64,000 nt of DNA from NCBI RefSeq assembly GCF_000711695.1, contig NW_013547021.1:124001-188000 (forward strand), in the 5' to 3' direction. The DNA comes from Tilletiaria anomala UBC 951. Lineage: Eukaryota. Below the pieces are notes generated by a model. That model worked only from the letters and a program-made list of their open reading frames with translations. It ran no database searches and was not told where the DNA came from. Below, in pieces: positions 37,401 through 54,167 of the stretch (position 1 is the stretch's first letter; the number at the start of each line of letters is the position of its first letter). The position numbers were made by a program, and so were the translations under genes.

Positions 37401-39099
37401 CTTAGGGGCAAACTGGAAACTCCCAAAGAGAGTGTCTGGCATACAACATTGCAGTTTGACAAGTCTGCTCTTAGAATACAGAACAATATACGATGGGCAG
37501 ATGCAAGTATAAGAGCGACCACGCTTGTTGCAGCGGCCCTCTGCAGTTCCCAAGCTCTGACATATGTCGAGTGTATACCATGCGTCGAGGTGAAGCGCGC
37601 TCGCAGAGCATGTACCAGCAGTCGTATCCGGTCGACCCGATACCAGCGAGAAGGTGCTGTGCATCTTGCAGTGGGATATCGACGAATTGGAGATAGAGGA
37701 CTGTGCTGTTGTTGCGCCGCACAACACTGCTGTCCATGTTAGAGATCCCAAGGTCACTAACGAGCTTTTGAAGCTTCTCAATCACTCTTTGAATTTCCAA
37801 CGAGCATTGGAAATGTCTCACAGCTGGTCGAAAAGAACTTCTTGCGAAGCTTCAGGCCCGGCGACAGTGCTGGTTCCCTCCACGACGGTGAAAAGTTCTG
37901 GGTCCAAGCGGACATGCAGAGCGGTCGCCATGGCCCGGAATGCCCGGGTTTGGGAAGGGAGGTACTGATCGATAGCATATGGGCGCGATCCTTTCTGGTC
38001 ACATGCTTGCAGAATTGCGTGTCGCCACACGATTGCTCGAAGCCTGGCGGTATGATGCTGGCCTGGGTGCACCCCCCGCAGAAGCGAATGGCGTATCTTT
38101 GTGGGTAGAGCTAGCCTGTGAGGCACCCTTGGTGCGCAACTTGAGAGGCGCTGATGTGGGCGTTTTGACCCGACATGTGTTGCCCCGCAGAGACGGTGCA
38201 ACTGTAATGTATTGGATGCGTTGTTTCGAAGACACCCGTGCATTCCATAATAGCGTCGTTTCGGCACGCACTAAGACCTTGCAAAGGCGGAGAACCGGAC
38301 GCAGCATTATGGCTCACCACCCCATTCGTCGATCGTGCTGGGATATTGTCATAAGCAGGTTGTAGATATGAAAGAAGACTTTATAGGCTATGGCGCATAC
38401 CAGTATGGGATGGTAGATGGTGGCAAGTGATCAGAAAGTGATGTGATTATCATGAGTCAGGAAGGGCAGATACCCGGGAAACAGGCCCAGAGACTCTCGA
38501 GTGTAAGCCGAGAAAGGAGCGCTGCTCGAGTCGCACATGTGGACTTATGCAGATTGAGGGGACCACCTACCTATACGTACAGTCGACGCATCGCTCTGGA
38601 TGGGCTGGCCTCGCGACGGTCTACACTCACTACATTACCACTCTCAACTCCTTCGGTGAAAGCTGAACGATGATCGGTGATCAGCAATTGCTGGGTTGCT
38701 GCGCCTGTCTGAGCTCTGCTCATTGCTCCTTGGCAATTGGTACAGCTGGTAGCTGACTGTATCCCATGCATGATCCAGTTGTACTCTGTCCAGGCAGGTC
38801 CAGAGTGGGGACCCGGGTCCATCAGGACTCATATCACGGACGGGTACATGGCTCAAGAAGTGATGTGGTAATCACTCTTTGCCTTCCATTACGCACCGAA
38901 GCAAGGCATAAAGTACGTGTGATGAGGAGCTGTACCAGCTCGCGGCAGTTGTATTGCGTCTGAGAGGGGTTTAAAATCGTGAGGATGTAGCAAGGAACGT
39001 TGCGACATAGGTCAGGCATGATCCTTTGCTCTGACCGCTGTTGCAGCAGGAGGGCAGGCAAGGCAAGAAGTCGACCGTAGTACGGCAGCGCTTGCCTTT

Positions 39100-42000
39100 C
39101 TATAAGAATCGACGGCACCCTGATGAGCCACACAGACACGGTATCGCGTCTTCATCGCCAGCGCTGGCTTGGACTATTACAAAAGGAAGGTCAGGCTCGC
39201 GGATCCATAGTAGATGCCTTAAATGACTTACACTTGTAGTCGTAAGTCAATTCTTGCCCCGGCAGGATCGGCTCTTTGGCACTGCAAGAGAGCGCCATCA
39301 GTCAAGTACATCAGTGAGCTCTGCCATCATGGACCCACTAGATGACGATCTTTTTCTCGCCGTTGAGTGTCAGGATCTTGGCTGTACAGTTCGGAGTGCA
39401 GCAGTGCTGACCATGGAAAACATCCCAGTGTGAGCAATTGTGCGCGCCTGAACGCATCGAGGATCTGGACTCACATTCATCAAGCGAGCAATGTTGCCCT
39501 TGTGAGTAGCGTCAACAACGGTATCGTCGTCAACTCTGAACAGATAAGTGCTAAATATGCCCGCCAGCTCCTGTGCTTTCTCACGCTCATCGGCGACCTG
39601 CTGTCGAATGATCTCTCCGACGTACTCAATTACCATGTCTCCTTTAGGAATCACCTCCATTGCGTACAATCCCCAGTCGTGGATGGGACTCTTGGCAAAC
39701 TTGAGTTGCTTCTTCCGTGTCCTTAATTGGTTGAATTTGAGAACGTCTGTGTCCGAAGCCGACTCGCGCTTATGCTGCTCCAGGTTCGCAACAAAGCGAC
39801 GACTATCAGCCCTATTGTCTCTAGCAGAAGCTAAAGCCGCAGCAGCCGAAGTGTCGATAATGGCTTTGTTCCTGTCTGGCATGTGCTTGGCTTTGTCGCG
39901 GGCGGGAATCTTGAAAAAACCTTGCGTCTTGGCACTTCCTGTGTCTAGCTCCTGATCATTCCCGTCAATGTCTTCGCGCGGATCAGGCAGGTCAGCCTCA
40001 TTGAGCTCTTCCCCAGATCTGAGCTTCTCAAGAACGAGCTTCACGTAGTAGAAATCTTCCTCGTCTTGAACCAGACCCAGTTCAAAGAGGTCGGGCTCGG
40101 GACTGGCGGCCGGTACTGGTGGGCGATCCGATTCCTGTCTCTCGTCAAGGGCCAGATGGCGGCTAGCGCAGCGGAAAGCTGAGCCAGCTTGGGCCGCCTC
40201 GATATCTTTCGATGAGCGAGCCGCTGTCTGAGCGCGGTCTTCTTGCTGGCGCTCGTGCGCTTTCTTCATCCGCTTCCTGGCACGCTCTGCCACCGTAGAT
40301 CCGTCTGTGTCTGAGCCTTCAGACGCCGTCACCAAGTTCTTTTCTAAGCTGGCTGGGAGGCTTTGTTGCAACAGCTGCTCCGTGACCTCGCTCCGAATTA
40401 TCTTCCCCTCGCGCCCTTCCTCAGGCGCAACAAGCATAGACATACTGACTTTCGTCCCACAGACGGTTGTCTTTGACAAGCCCTCTGAAGCCGCCTCGTG
40501 AACTGATGCGGCTTGCAACGTAGAGACACTCGTGATTCGTCTATGAGGTGACTGTGCCTGCGCGATGGCCTCGCCCACGTCATTGAATAGATTCGAAGCC
40601 TGGCGCCAATATTGAGTCTCGATGTCTTTTCGGAAGCGATTTTTGATAGCTTCCTGTGTCAAGAGCTTGAGTCTTTCGACGAGCAGGTTCTCGGACCAGC
40701 CCGTCTTGGGCAGCTGCTGTTCCTCCAGGAAAGGCTCTTGCAGCAACCTGGCAGAGCCTCCCTCCGCCCGAAGTTCACGCGCTTTGCCTCCGGAGCCCCT
40801 TTTGACTTTCTGTACATCATGAATTGTAGGCACCTCGCGGATCTCGTATGGTAGGCGGATATTGTTGAAGGTGATATGGCTCATGATTTTTGCTCGATCG
40901 CCGTCTGAATCGGATTGAAAGCTGAGATACCAGGCGGACTTGTCATGCTGGATGCGAGTCACGTTCAGCTGTTTGTCGATGAACGAAGCACAGATTTCGG
41001 CAGGCGAGTTCACACCCAACTTGGATTTGTCGATAAATGCGTACTTTCTTCCCTCTTTGCAGAGATTTTCCAATATGTTTGCAGTCTCATCGTGCTCTGG
41101 ATGAGAGATGTGGCTCGTCTTCGCCTCCACCTCTCGAACGAGTGCCTCACGTTGCGCAACTTTGACGTGGTCGGGGCTTTCGTTTGGGCGAATCTTTCGT
41201 GCCTGATGCATTAGTGATGAGTGGGTCAGCAGGGAAGATAAGAGTTGATGAGGTTGCACACTTACTCGTGCATCATTGATGGATCTTTCTCTTTCGAGAG
41301 CCTCACGCGCTCTCCTCTTCTCATCTCTGCTCACTTCCTCCGCTTTCCTCCGTGCTTTCATCTGGAGCCTATCGAAGTGGGTGCATTGCCCATCTAACAC
41401 AACTTTGATCGTGCTCCCGTCCAGTTTGATGCCATCAGCTTCATAGCACGCTTGCTTCGCACTTCGCTGCGCAATGTCCAGACCCGTGTCGGGGCCATGC
41501 TGCAGATCCTGTGCGCCGCTCCCCAAGAATGGGATCCAGCATACACCCAGGAACTCGCCTGAAACGTTGTGCAACAGGAACTTCATGTTGTCTGTATCGA
41601 CTTTCCCATAACGGCTGAAAAGAGACAAGATGTCCTTATGCTTCGTGAGTACATCGAGGTCGGACACCGTAACTGCACGTGCTGATGGCAGGGGTTTGGG
41701 CCCGACACTGTCCTGGTCCCATTTCCAGGGGCCGATTAGACGGATTTGCTCAGCAAGGACCATGCTCCGAGTGCGAACCTTGTCGTCGTCGGCGTCATCC
41801 AGGTCCTGCGACGATGTCTTCGTCAGCCGCGCTCTCATCGCCTTGCGAATTTCCTTCGAGTAGTGCGAGGCAATTCCGCGTGGGTCTGCCCCCATGCTTG
41901 TGTCGTCGCAGCCTTCGTGCAAAGCGCGACTGCCAGAGGCCGGATCCAAGCGATCATCGTCTGCATTTTGAAAGTATCGAGAAGTTGGCATGTCGTGAGG

Positions 42001-43689
42001 CAACTGGTAAATGAGCGATGCGCAAGCATCACTGCTGCGCAGGCTTTTTCGCTGGACACTGTGGCCACCCCCTGCCGGTCTTGGGCGCATTTGATGCCGA
42101 CCGTCCCGTCCGACGTCGGCACTCGAGCTTAGATCCGTGCAAGATGTTTGGCGAAGGGTTCGTTGGGATGCAGGTGCCAGGATTCCATTGCTAGACTCTG
42201 GGGACCTCGGCACGGAGACGGCAATGCCGGTCCCACTCGCCGAGACGCGGGTATCTGATTTGTTCGATGTCTTCACTGGAGGACACATCACCTGACGCTC
42301 CGTGGGTGTGCACGTTGATGACCTATCCGAAGTGCGCAAGTCTGCAAGTATTTTTGCTTGTGCGCCACAGGTCATAGATGCATGAAACATTCGGTTTTGT
42401 AGGTTCATGGGAAATGATGAAGGTTCGGAACGCCCTGCAGGGTAGGGTTCAGTAGGCACGGGCTTCCGATCTTGAACGATCGACATCCTGTCGGTGGCTA
42501 CAGCCCGACCTGCGCGTTTGCATTCTGGCGTCAGAAACAAAGCAACATGCTTAGGGCTATAGCTTTGATGAATGAACTCACGCGCTTTCTCTGAAGATGA
42601 CTCATTGGCCCCCGATATGGCATTCTCCACGCTCGTTTCGCTTCTACTGGGGCTCCCTGTCACGCCAGCCGAGTCACTGCGCCCAAGATGAGAGGGATTT
42701 TGTGGACGATCTTCCTCGTAGCTGGCACGATCGTTGTAAGAAGATCGGTCGACGGAAGGCTGCACCCCATGACCGGACCGCCTGTCCTGATGGAAGTCAC
42801 GTTCGCTCTCGCGTTTTCGATTCCGCTCACGATCTCCATCCCTATCCCGTTCGCGATCGCGATCGCATTGGCGGTCGTAGTGGCGATGGGAGTGTTGATC
42901 ATAGTAGCGTTCGCGGTGGCGATCGTAGTCTCTTAAGTAGCTTCGGTCTGAGCCGGTCGAATGGTAGCCTGAGGGCTCCCACCTTCGTTCGCCATTGTAA
43001 CGGGGCGCTTCCGTATGGAGGTCTGCACGAGAGTCTGTGTGCCTCGGGTAGCTCTGCATTACGCGGCTAGCCCTGGTGCGATGCGCAACCGAACTCCATC
43101 GTGAGTCCTGCGTAGATGGTACATCGGTCCCTTCGCGAGATGGGTGGGTGTAGTGATGTGGTTCAAGCCTGTGAGGCCCGCTGCTGCTTCTGCTAGCTCT
43201 GCTTTGCTCCACTTTCGCGTCGGCAGAACGGGAGTGGGATTGGCCATGATGCTTTACGGAAGCCCTCTCCTTCACGTCGACGCGGTTGTGATTCGAATGA
43301 GCGTCAGAGGACGCGTCAAGACGGGTTGATCTTCGAGGCTTGTGTTCACTTGGAGGGGGGGACGACGGATGTTTTACATATACCGAAAGTGCGCTGCTTC
43401 CTGCACCCTCTCCAGTCCCAGCCTTTGAACCTACTCCTAGGTTCGTCTTTGTTCCTAGTTCTGGTTGGGAATCTGATTTTGGCTCTGGCTCTGACTTTGT
43501 CGCTGGCGTTGGCGTGGGTGAAACAGGTACTGACTTGGACGCGAGCGGCGTGTGGGAATATTGGTCGTCGTCGTCGTCATCGTCCGCTGCGAATACAGCC
43601 ACGATCTCAGGAGCTGGCCGCCCCGCTCCAATATTCCTATGATGGCTGCGAGCGATCCTTGACGGCTGATTGGTTTGCCCGGTGGTCAT
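39100..43689 (-). CDS. SET1: Histone H3K4 methyltransferase Set1 (COMPASS), with 3 short 3' introns
   Basis: RRM-like regions, N-SET (GSAKTQGFFKI, RDNRADSRRF), SET domain SPIHDWGLYA...IEYVGE...IARLMN|HCCTPNC...ELTYDYK|F, and post-SET CLCGSSGCRRFL*. Confidence 0.95.
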
Positions 43690-46600
43690 GATGACGATGA
43701 TGACGCGTGGGCCAGCAGAGATAGTGCGGCACGAGCATGAACATACGATTGGTTGTGCAAGTGTAAGGCATCTGCAGCGGGAAAAAGAGACCCGGAGAGA
43801 CGGAGTGTCACCCGAAGAGCGCGCCCAAGTGCAATGATTGAATCTAATGAGATTCAAGTGTTATGAATAGTATGCTGATATGTTGAAGTCGTTGGAGCTG
43901 GTTGCGAACGCGAGTATCGTGACTCATCGCTAGAGTCAACGAAGTGGTGTGGATAGAGAGAGAGCGCGCGCGACTATCACCGTCCAAGTACCACAGTATG
44001 TCGCGTCGCGCAGTCGCGCTTGCATTTTTCCTCGTCCCATCATCCACCTCGTCAGAACCCACACCGTCTCATGTTCAACATACTTTAAGTAGACTCGCGT
44101 GGCACTTCTCGCTTTTGCTTCCCGTCCACTACGGTCTGAGTCACTTGCTTTCTTTTAGTGCGGGCGCGGCTATTTTCAGACTGCGGCGACTTGCGCGTTA
44201 CACGCACAGAGCAAATCTGGGACAGTTGGGCCCCGGACAAGGTCCTCCTATATATCGTCTCTGCACAGGCCACTTTCTGCACGTCTATGAGGCAGATGCT
44301 TGAGCTGAGCTCACCTGCGCGCTAGCTCAGATTCATGATATTATATAAATCATCGGGACTGCAGATGCACTCATCCTTAACATAAAATGTATTCAGCCGT
44401 GGTAAGGAAAACCCCTTGTCGACCAATAATAATAATAGTGCCACAGCGCTAAAATACAAATCTGCTGCTTCAGTATAGAAGCACCCCCAAAGGATGCGAG
44501 CCGTCTTGCCTGAATTAGTATCAAGCGCGACCAAGTCAGAAACAATGACTCTTGCCATTTGTAGAACCGACCTGATCGTTTGTAGAAAAATGTATTCCCC
44601 AGTGGGCCGCGATGAAAACGGGGTTGTTACTTCGAAGCAAGCCGCTTGACATCTTGTAAAACAACATATGCAGGTGACACGTTCTGAACACCCTTTGCGA
44701 AGTCAGCCGCGAGTTGAAGTTTGAGTTGCTCACAGCTCGTTAAGTTCCGTGCCACTTGCAACTGCAACACCGTGATCATGCTCCGCACGATTCAGAGACC
44801 TCGGGGTCGTCAGCTGCGCTTAGGCGACCGATGGCACCCTTCAAACTTATGGTCTTGTCAAAGATGGTGTCCAAGCGTCATTACGAGCTGCACATTTGTC
44901 TTCTTCCTCCACCTCCCACAGCCTATCCATGATCCCAGAAGTAATGCGCGATGATAGCACCTCCTCCATTCCATGCACTGCTCCTTCGTGCCTTAGCCAA
45001 TCGGCCACGTCGAGGTAACTATCTTCTGCCTGGCCTTGACCTAATTTTTACGAGTAGCTAGAACAGCCATCCACCTCATCGTGCTTCAGTCTCCCGAAGC
45101 GAAGATATGAACTGTGAGCTTTCAATCTGTTCATCCGGCCACTGCAGATCGGATACCGATGTGTTGGCCGCAATCATCTTCCAGCTCGTGCGCCTCGGAT
45201 CCGCGCCCAGGACTGATGTTCGTGTCACTTTGGGAAGTTTTGCCCGAGGTCAAGTCGCTGCCGAGCTTGCAAGGCTCCTTAATTCTTGAACGCAAGGCGG
45301 CGTCGTTCTACATGCTTCGTGCGATGTGGTATCTTGAGCTCATCTGGGTAGCCTATGCATTTGAAGACATTACATCTGGCTTCGTCTTGTATAACAATAA
45401 AATCTAGAACATTCAATGATAAGGTGGTGATAAGGGGAAGAACATGGCTGTGGCACGATCCATGAAGAGGTCTCTATGCCAAATCAGCGGTTTGGCGAAC
45501 ATTCCCATGCATTCTCATCATCTCTAAGCCCCTGATTATTATATCTGCTGGGATCCACGACGGCATTCTTGTTGCCTTTCTTACGAGCAGTTTTTATCCA
45601 ATAACGCGGCAGAAATCGAATTCGCATTGCTAGAGCTCGCCAGCAACGAGCTGCTTGACAGCCCTCTATTGGACAATGGCGGCTGACGCTACGGATCGCG
45701 TAGGTATAGACAGGCAAATGCAAGCGCATGGGCGAGGTACGATAATTTAGATGATGTTGTTTGGGATGATGGGATGATGTGTGGATCGATGCCTGTGTCT
45801 GTGGGGAGACGAGTTCTATGTTGATAGATCAAAATTTCCTGTTGTCGCTAGCCTGCGCACAAATTTACAATGTGGACAGAGCCTGCACAGTTCTTATCAG
45901 CAAGGTGACCTTGTGTCAGTCTGCCGGTCGAGACAATATTGTCGCTTCCTTTCCCTGTCCACTTCTTCGGCTCACTTCGGAAATTCACGGGTGCTATATA
46001 AAATATGCAGCACGCTCAGGACACACATATATTTATATACATCGCTTCCTTTGGCGCGACGGAGCGATAGAATCGGGGAGGTTCCTATCTGGTTGAGAGC
46101 TAAGAAGGAAGGCATGCCATATGGCTAAGATGTTCGGGTTATGACCAAATTTAGGTGTGCCGAATTTGAGCGGTGTTGATAGATACAAGAGATCAAACGC
46201 GACAGCGAGGACGATCATGTATACAATCATCCCGATCCACAACCCTTATCTTGCGTTGACAGCAGAGGGCAGTAGAGGACTGATGAACGCGAGTGGTGGA
46301 GGGAGGGACTTGAACGAGGCCGAGGCGGCTCCGGGCCCGGGTCTTATCGGGTATGGAGCCACAAGTCCTGACAAAGCCGTCCAGTGCGCCGCCCCTGTTT
46401 CTCGTACGGGAAGACGATCAAATCACCACGGTAGTTCACAGTTCTCATCTACTCGATTGGTCGAAGGGTTTATCCTTCCCGTTGCCAGTGGCACGGTCCT
46501 GAGCGCCCCTCGTTCCATCCTTCTCTTTGTAACTGTATGGGCGTAGGCAGATCATTCCGACGGGTCGCTGCTCAAAGACAAAAAGAAAAGAGCGACGTGT

Positions 46601-46852
46601 GTGTACGACCTCGCGGCAGAGGATCATCTCCCATCCCTCATCGCCACAGGGTGACGCTTTCCCTCGACAGACACGTGCACCGCGCTCTCTCGCCTCACCT
46701 TCACCATCCTTTGCTTGTACATCCACACGCGAGGCGCTTGTTGGGTTGGCTCCCGTTGGAGCATCGGTCCCACTCTCGTCGACCCCTCTGCTGATTGCCG
46801 CACAAGCACCCAGAACCACCATCATCCATCCCACGCAAGGCGGCAAGCAACC

Positions 46853-49800
46853 ATGCTCGCATCCGTCCCAGTCACCCGTTGCGCTGCACGGACCGCCACC
46901 TCCGCTGCGTTGGCATCTGCATCGGTAATGACACCTGCATCTCTATGTCGTCGCTCGATTCGATCGCTGCACATTGCCAAATCTCCCCGTGCCGCCACGA
47001 CGCTGCGTTCCTCGCGTCCCAACCTCCGTTGCCACCTCGCAAGCGTCGCTGGCACTCAGAATGCCCCTAAGCTTGGCGCAGCAGAAGTCTCCCGCTCCCT
47101 CTTCGCACCCCTTGACTCTTTTAGGGAAAGGCATCTCGGACCGCGGGAGAAAGACACTCACTTCATGCTGGAGACATTGGGCTACAAGGACCTTCAGGCT
47201 TTCATCGCCGATGCCGTTCCTCAGAACATCCGCCTCGACACCTCCGTCGAGTCTCCAGAATCTATGCGGCCCCTGTCCGAAAATGAGCTACTCCGCCGGG
47301 GCGACGAGATTGCCTCCCAGAACAAGGTCTTCAAGTCTCTTATCGGCATGGGATACCACAACACTTTAGTCCCTCCCGTCATTGCGCGAAATGTGAGTCC
47401 TTTCTGTGGGCCGCGCGCTCGTGCATGCGTTCAGCGTATTGACAGGCTGCTTCAACCATCAGGTGTTGGAGAATCCGGGATGGTATACTTCGTACACGCC
47501 TTATCAAGCAGAGATCTCGCAAGGTTTGTTTTCATTGACTTCGTGTCATCTTCGCAACTGGACTAAGGTAGAGTTGTTATTTTGACAATACTTGTTACCC
47601 ATTCGACTCTCTACAGGCCGTCTTGAGTCCCTCATCAACTTTCAAACTATGATCAAGTCGCTCACCGGACTAGACATTGCCAACTCCTCTCTTCTTGATG
47701 AAGGAACAGCGGCCGCAGAGGCTATGATTCTGGCATACGGCCAGTCGCGCAGCCAGAAAAAGACCTTCCTCGTCGACCACGGCGTCCTTCCACAGACCCT
47801 TGCTGTCCTCCGGCAGAGGGCCAAAGGGTTCGGCATTAAGGTTGTCGTCACCAACCTGCGTACGCCAGAGGGTTGGAGGCTGCCGACAGAGGAGGAGGTG
47901 CCACGCGATGATGTTATGGGCGTTCTCGTCCAGTATCCTGACGTCGATGGCCGCATCGTCGACTGGGCCGCTCTCGCAGCGGAAGTCAAGAAGACTGGCG
48001 CTCTCGTTGTCGCTGCTACGGATCTCCTGGCTCTCACCATGATCAAGCCTCCCGGTGAATGGGGGGCCGACATCGCTCTCGGCAATGCCGCTAGATTCGG
48101 TGTGCCTCCAGGCTATGGAGGCCCTCATGCTGCCTTCTTTGCCGTTTCGGATAAGCTCAAGCGCAAGATTCCCGGCAGACTGATCGGTCTCAGTCGGGAC
48201 GCCCAGGGCAAGCCAGCATATCGTCTTGCTCTGCAGACCAGAGAGCAGCACATTCGCCGGGAGAAGGCAACATCAAACATCTGCACCGCCCAGGCCCTAC
48301 TCGCCAACATGAGCGCCATGTATGCCATCTACCATGGGCCGGATGGCCTTCGTCGCATTGCCGCAAAGGTCCACGCCCTCACGCGCTTGCTCAAGAATGA
48401 ACTCACAGCTATCGGTTTCCGCGTCATCAACAAGGACGGCGCTTTCTTCGACACGCTCACAATCGACCTCGCCAACTCGTCCGTCGGAGCGGTCCACGTC
48501 CATGACGAAGCCAACAAGACAGGCATCAATCTGAGGCGCATCTCAGACAACCGAGTCGGCATCAGTCTTGACGAGACAGTCACCATTGAAGTGCTTTGCG
48601 ACATCCTCAACGCATTTTCCCTCGCACTCAAGCCGAGTTTCGATGGCAGCGCACCATACATGCCTGCAGATCTTCTCGAGCTTGCGTCTCGCCTGGGTCT
48701 AGATGCGAGCAGCGTCGAGACGCTCACCATCTTTACACCTCCCGCTACGGGCTCGAACAGCAAAGTCGCTGCCACAGTCGACCTCTCGCGCAAGAGTAAA
48801 TTCCTCACGCAAGAGGTCTTCTCCATGCACCGGTCCGAGACGCAGATGCTGCGCTACATTCACCACTTGCAGTCCAAGGACCTCTCCCTCGTTCATGCGA
48901 TGATCCCACTGGGATCCTGCACGATGAAGCTCAACGCAACCTCCTCGATGATGCTTTTGTCCAAACCAGAATTTGGGGCCTTGCATCCTTTCGCTCCCGA
49001 GGACCAGTCCAAAGGGTACAGTGTGTTGATCCGAGAGCTCGAGCGCGATCTTCGCGCGATTACTGGGCTTCCGGCTGTGTCATTACAACCAAACTCTGGC
49101 GCCCAAGGCGAGTTCGCTGGCCTTTCTGTCATACGTGCCTACTTGGACAGCATTGGTGAAGGAAAACGGCACATTTGCTTGATCCCCAATTCCGCCCATG
49201 GCACGAACCCTGCATCGGCCATCATGGCCGGCATGCGCGTAGTCGCCGTCAAAAATGCCGACGATGGCACGCTTGATCTCGACGATCTGCGTGCCAAGGC
49301 TGAAAAGCACAAAGAGGAGCTTGCCGCCTTTATGGTCACCTACCCCAGCACGTACGGGGTATACGAGGAGAAGATCCAGGAAGCTTGCGAGATCATCCAT
49401 GAGAACGGCGGCCAAGTCTACATGGATGGTGCGAATCTCCAAGCTCAGGTCGGCTTGACTAACCCGGCGAGGATCGGAGCGGATGTCACGCATCTCAACC
49501 TGCACAAGACTTTCTCTATCCCACATGGCGGTGGAGGACCTGGCGTGGGTCCGATTTGCGCTGCTGAACACCTCGCTCCCTTTATGCCCGGACATCCCTT
49601 GGCAAACGTCGGCGGAGAGGCAGCCATTGATCCGATCTCCGCAGCCCCGTATGGATCAGCTTCCATCTTAACGATCGCTTGGGCCTACATCCGACAGCTC
49701 GGATGGGAGGGCCTCCGCGATTCGTCCGCCATTTCGATGCTCTCCGCCAATTACATGGCGCAACGTCTAGCGCCACACTACAAGCTCCGTTTCTCGAACT

Positions 49801-50258
49801 CTAAGAACAGGGTCGCCCACGAGTTTTTGCTCGACCTGGCCGAATTCGGCAAACACATCTCCGTTACGGACGTTGCCAAGAGGCTGACTGATTACGGCTT
49901 TCACGCGCCCACCTGCTCATGGCCCATTTCAACTGGGTTGCTCATCGAGCCTACAGAGTCAGAGTCGCTGATGGAGATTGATCGATTCTGCGATGCAATG
50001 ATCGCGATTCGAAAGGAAATTCAGGATATCTTTGACGGCAACGCCGATGCCAAGGACAATGTGCTCAAGAATGCTCCACACACCATCGAAGTCTTGGCCG
50101 GAGACTGGACTCACCCCTACTCTCGCGAACAGGCGGTCTACCCTGTGCCTGAGCTACGACAAATCAAGCAATGGCCAAGTGTTGGCAGAATCGACGACGC
50201 ATACGGCGACTTGAATCTAATCTGCGAATGCGGCTCCGTTGAAGAGTATGCGTCGTAG
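46853..50258 (+). CDS. GCV2: Glycine decarboxylase P protein (glycine cleavage system), mitochondrial, 3 exons
   Basis: Presequence, [59 protein letters not shown] lysine motif [16 protein letters not shown]. Confidence 0.97.
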
Positions 50259-50497
50259 AGCTTTGATGCAGAAAATTTTTCATCAAGTGTTTCTATAACA
50301 TCACCGCTGCATGCATCATTCAACTGTATTCTATAAATTACATTTCACTTCAACGTGCGCTCAAAAGCAACAGACTCCCGTTTGGCTCGAAGAAGGACAC
50401 TCAAATACGGACGCAAGATCAGACCCTTCCATGATTCGAGATAGGTTTGCGAACAGCTGCACCTCGCGTGCATCGGAAGCATATTGCTGTTCAAATT

Positions 50498-51339
50498 TCA
50501 GTCGTAATCCTCGTCTTCATCCAAGCTTCGTTTGAGCCCTCTGGGCTCAGCATTTGCTGTAGAGGATGCCGCGTCTCCCCCATTTCCATTGGCAGCAGAC
50601 GCGGACGCAGCGAGGGGATTTGCGCCATTGCTTCCTGCGCCATGGCTCTCCTCTTCATCGTCGTAATCATCATCCTCATCCAAGTCTCTCCCATGGCTCG
50701 CTGCTCCAGCAGGATTCGAACGTGGTGGCGCAGCTTCAGACTTGATTGGGTCGTCTTCCGACTCGTCTCCCAGCACTTCCGGCGGTGGAGCATTCGGAAG
50801 AATGTTGAAATTTATGTTGGTAAGTCGGTGCTGTCGTGGAGGTAACCGCACTCCGTGGCTATCCGAAATGGGTGGCAGAGGCATAGTATTCAACGAAGTT
50901 GCAAGGGAAAGGAGCATCTTCAATACGAACCCAGGGTTGGAAATTTTTCAGCCTCCTGCGTAACAACCGATCCATGTGCCACCAATGCTCACTTCTTTTG
51001 ATGGAGGCTGGGTAAAGCTGTAGTTGACACGACTCTGGACGGCTAGCTGTAGGTCGTCAAGGGATACGCTTGTTGGGATACCTTTTGCAGCGGATGATGC
51101 GTGGTCGGCGTACATGATGGCGTCCTGCAAGACATCATAGGTGTATCCTTGGGAACGCGAGCGGTAATGTGTTAGTTTTCGTGACTCAATAATGAAAGAC
51201 GTCGAGTAAGGAACTTACTGTGAGCAAAGTCAAGGAGCTGAATCAGGGCAGAGGGCTCGTAGTCCTGGATGCCCATGGAACTGGCAATCAATGCCATCAA
51301 CCTCGCATCGCGAGGAATGTGTTGCTGTGTCATGCTCAT
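50498..51339 (-). CDS. TAF9: TFIID/SAGA subunit Taf9, 3 exons
   Basis: IPRDARLMALIASSMGIQDYEP..QLLDFAH|RYTYDVLQDA, LAVQSRVNYSF, LNTMPLP, GVRLPP, LTNINF, acidic tail ending EDEDYD. Confidence 0.92.
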
Positions 51340-51878
51340 GGCATGGAAATCGGTGCCTGGGTCAATCCTTTGCCTCTGTCACGCTCACGATTGCCTCACG
51401 CCAATCGTTGGCAACAGGAACCGGTATGCAGTCTGCACATATACTTGATAGTTGGTAGCTTGGACGTGGTCTTTGGTGGTGAAGCACACGAGGGTATGCA
51501 AGTCATCAACTCAAACTAGATGAGGTGTCCAGTGTGTTTACGTAAGTGCACTCGAATCTAGTCACCACTTCCATCTGTACTGTGTGAGTCTTAATGCTTT
51601 GACGGATATCACATGGTCACATGTAATCCCTCTCTTTCTCACCACGCATTACTCAGCCTCATATTCCAGGACTCACTCGAAGCTGTCGAGGATGCGATGC
51701 GTCTATCACAGGCTTTCCTTGTGCGACGACTTTCAACGCTGTATCGCGATGCTTGGATGGTTGCGACCGTGTTCTGATCGAATCTATGCAATGCTAATAT
51801 CGCTACATTGGGTGTATGGCTACATATTCAAGAGTGTAGGATTCGAAACTAGTGGGAAATGTGCTGCAAATACCGACT

Positions 51879-54167
<2,289 letters not shown>

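Noticed and set aside
39280..39345. Apparent in-frame TAG in the SET domain (KIVI*)
   Set aside because: Explained by an intron splitting the Tyr codon (TA|GTGGGT...CAG|T), giving the normal IVIYAK.
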